Shown here: positions 24,467 through 64,000 of the stretch, piece by piece | How positions within the stretch are numbered: position 1 is the first letter of the stretch | How the letters are laid out: every line of letters starts with the position of its first letter | Notes under the pieces: model-generated | Databases searched by the model: none | What the model was told of the DNA's origin: nothing | Seen by the model: only the letters and a program-made list of their open reading frames with translations | Assembly (NCBI RefSeq): GCF_006345805.1 | Contig: NC_043004.1 | Span: 77,190,001-77,254,000 of the forward strand | Reading direction: 5' to 3' | Length of the DNA: 64,000 bases | From: Octopus sinensis | Taxonomy: Eukaryota | Program-made: the position numbers and the translations under genes

Positions 24467-24469
24467 ATC

Positions 24470-25315
24470 GTTCAATCCGCTCTGTTCTCTAATTATTTCA
24501 TTTCGGATGTACTCTTTCAATGACATTCCTAGCATGGGTCTTTCCATAGCCCTTTGCGTCGTAGCCAATCCATGTTCTGTCTTGTTCATGGTAGCCAACA
24601 TCTCACTTGCAGATGATGCTATTGAAGGCGGCGAGCTGGTAGAATTGTTAGCACGTCGGGCGAAATGCGTAGCCGTATTTCGTCTGCCGCTACGTTCTGA
24701 GTTCAAATTCCGCCGAGGTCGACTTTGCCTTTCATCCTTTCGGGGTCGATTAAATAAGTACCAGCTACGCACTGGGGTCGATATAATCGACTTAATGCGT
24801 TTGTCTGTCCTTGTTTGTCCCCTCTGTGTTTAGCCCCTTGTGGGTAGTAAAATAAATAGGTATGATACTATTGAAGATTCGGGCACGTATAGCATTGTCT
24901 AGCTTGGTTTAGAGCACATCCTTTAATGAGTTAAACGCCTTCCATCATGCCCTTCTTCACTTGAAGATTTCAGCAACCATATCTCGACGTATATTCATTG
25001 TCTGTTCTAAACAGATGTACTCCTTTATCTCCTGAATTTCCTCGCTTCATACCTCTATATATCTTTGGGCTACATCTTCCAACCGCATATGTGTTCGTTT
25101 TCATGCAGTTCAATTTGAGGCTTACTGCTAAACTCTGAATATATCCTGCTCTGTCAGCATAGTCTGCAGCTGGCCTGTGGTATAGGTAATGAAAACAATG
25201 TCATCTGCGAATCCGAGATGTATTAGTTGCTCACCAATGATGTTCACACCTCTTCTCCAATCCCTGAGAATCATTTTTAGATATGCAGTAAAGTGCTCCT
25301 TACTTGACACCCTAC
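24470..25315 (-). mobile_element. RTE-like LINE RT fragment interrupted by a SINE
   Basis: GVNIIGEQLIHLGFADDIV; TQRAMERPMLGMSLKEYIRNEIIR. Confidence 0.75.
24626..24863 (+). mobile_element. tRNA-derived SINE with 15-bp TSD
   Basis: ggcggcgagctgg.. family; atgatgctattgaag (24613-24627) / atgatactattgaag (24862-24876). Confidence 0.9.
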
Positions 25316-25571
25316 CCTTTTACTAGTAATAATAGCAGAGCTATTGCTGCTGCGCGTCCATAGCAGTTTGATGCATTGCGCCTCAATACCATATTTGTGT
25401 TGAGGCACAAACATTAAATAAGGTATTTACTGAGACTTCTCTTATTCCACCGAGAATATTTCTACTATTTCGGTCAACAAAAATATGAAGCCATTTTCAA
25501 GGAGAGAAATTATAGAAACATTTATTCATAATTAAGTAAACAATAGAATTGAGTATTTTTAATAAACAAAG

Positions 25572-25577
25572 TTTATT
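25572..25577 (-). promoter_or_regulatory. Candidate polyadenylation signal of integrin beta
   Basis: AATAAA on minus strand about 190 nt after the stop; a second one at 25521-25526; weak evidence in AT-rich DNA. Confidence 0.35.
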
Positions 25578-25767
25578 AACTAATAATTCTTTGGTGAAAG
25601 TTTATATAATATAATTGGAATTTGATATCATTTGCAGAAAAGACATCATGCTTAAAACTATAACACAGTTTTGACCTTTAAGTGTTATAATACTCTATAG
25701 TTGCATGTCTCTTCCCTGGTCAATGAGAATTAAAATAATGTTATCAATGAGGTTTTGAACAAATTGC

Positions 25768-63051
<37,284 letters not shown>

Positions 63052-64000
63052 CTGTAAAAATTAAATGGCATAAGGAATTACCGTCTATAGATTTCAGTCA
63101 GTTCGTAACATTTAAATACTCTCACTTTTACGATTTGCCAAACTGTAAACTCTTATAAATTATCATTCTTTCTAATTTTCTATAAATACTGTAATGATAC
63201 TCTATAAAATGTAGTTTTACATTTCCAGTATTTATATCTACACTCTGTTTTGATTTCTGATCATCATGGTTCTTAGTTCCAGATTGAATTATAAATAAAG
63301 TAATATCTTCGTGAACTATAGATTACTGTGAGAAGTGAAGAATCTGGCGTTTCGGGCTGTCATCCGAAACAGAGGAAGAGAAAGAGAGATAAAGAGATAC
63401 TATTGCTTGGATTGTGAACAAGAAAGTAGTAAATGATGAAGAAACTGAAGTAACGATGATTGGACGATGGTAGAATGAAATAATGCCACCAGTCAAACAA
63501 TAAAAAGGTGATATTTTAGATAAGGGAGTCAACGGAGGAAACTATTAAGTAAAGGGAGAAAACAAAGAATAAACTCGTGTAGAAAAGATATTTGGGAAAA
63601 AAGCGCCAAAGAATCCTGCTTATAATAGAGCTTATGTAAGTTTATCGACTGAAATGTTAACAGTTCTTTCTCACCAGTAGCAAAGCCCCCCTAAGTATCT
63701 CATACCTAATTCTGACTCTCACATCAACTACTTCTCCGAAAGAATGAAATAGAAGTCATTAAAGAGAATGTGAGAGAGTTGTTTTCTGGCTAGTGAGTGC
63801 ATCATCAGGTATGCTTGTCGTATCACGGCCTAAAATATTTTCCTCCATGTTATTCGACGTTAACGTGTCAGCTTATCTTCATGATCAGCAATGGTCACTC
63901 AACCTACTCATCAAAGATGGAAAATCTTTATATCACATCCTAACGACTTAATTAAAGAATATATTTGAAAATGTATTTTCTGATATGAAAATGACGTATA

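Noticed and set aside
63700-63790. Candidate signal-peptide exon of the beta gene (donor gtatga near 63715)
   Set aside because: The frame needed for a phase-1 junction has a stop four codons upstream.

Overview
AT-rich, repeat-dense eukaryotic genomic DNA; the SINE families and microsatellite load suggest an octopus or other coleoid cephalopod (inference). The ORF track is mostly noise. Hand-splicing the minus strand gives two intron-rich genes in tandem. (1) A near-complete integrin beta subunit: 21 coding exons with consistent splice phases, 63051->25768, about 762 codons, running from the PSI domain through beta-I, hybrid, four I-EGF modules, tail domain, TM and cytoplasmic tail. The signal-peptide exon was not found. 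(2) About 11.3 kb downstream on the same strand, the first four coding exons of an integrin alpha subunit (ATG at 14490; the rest presumably lies beyond position 1). The beta subunit is intact but atypical: MIDAS DxSxT, ADMIDAS DD replaced by GH, SyMBS N->S, specificity-determining loop absent, one I-EGF3 disulfide lost as a pair, and no HDRRE or proximal NPxY in the tail. The alpha has lost both cysteines of its blade-2 ligand loop. Introns carry tRNA-derived SINEs, R4/Dong-like, RTE-like and Penelope retroelement remnants, two decayed mariners, Helitron pieces, several MITEs with TIRs and TSDs, and a perfect 49-bp hairpin.
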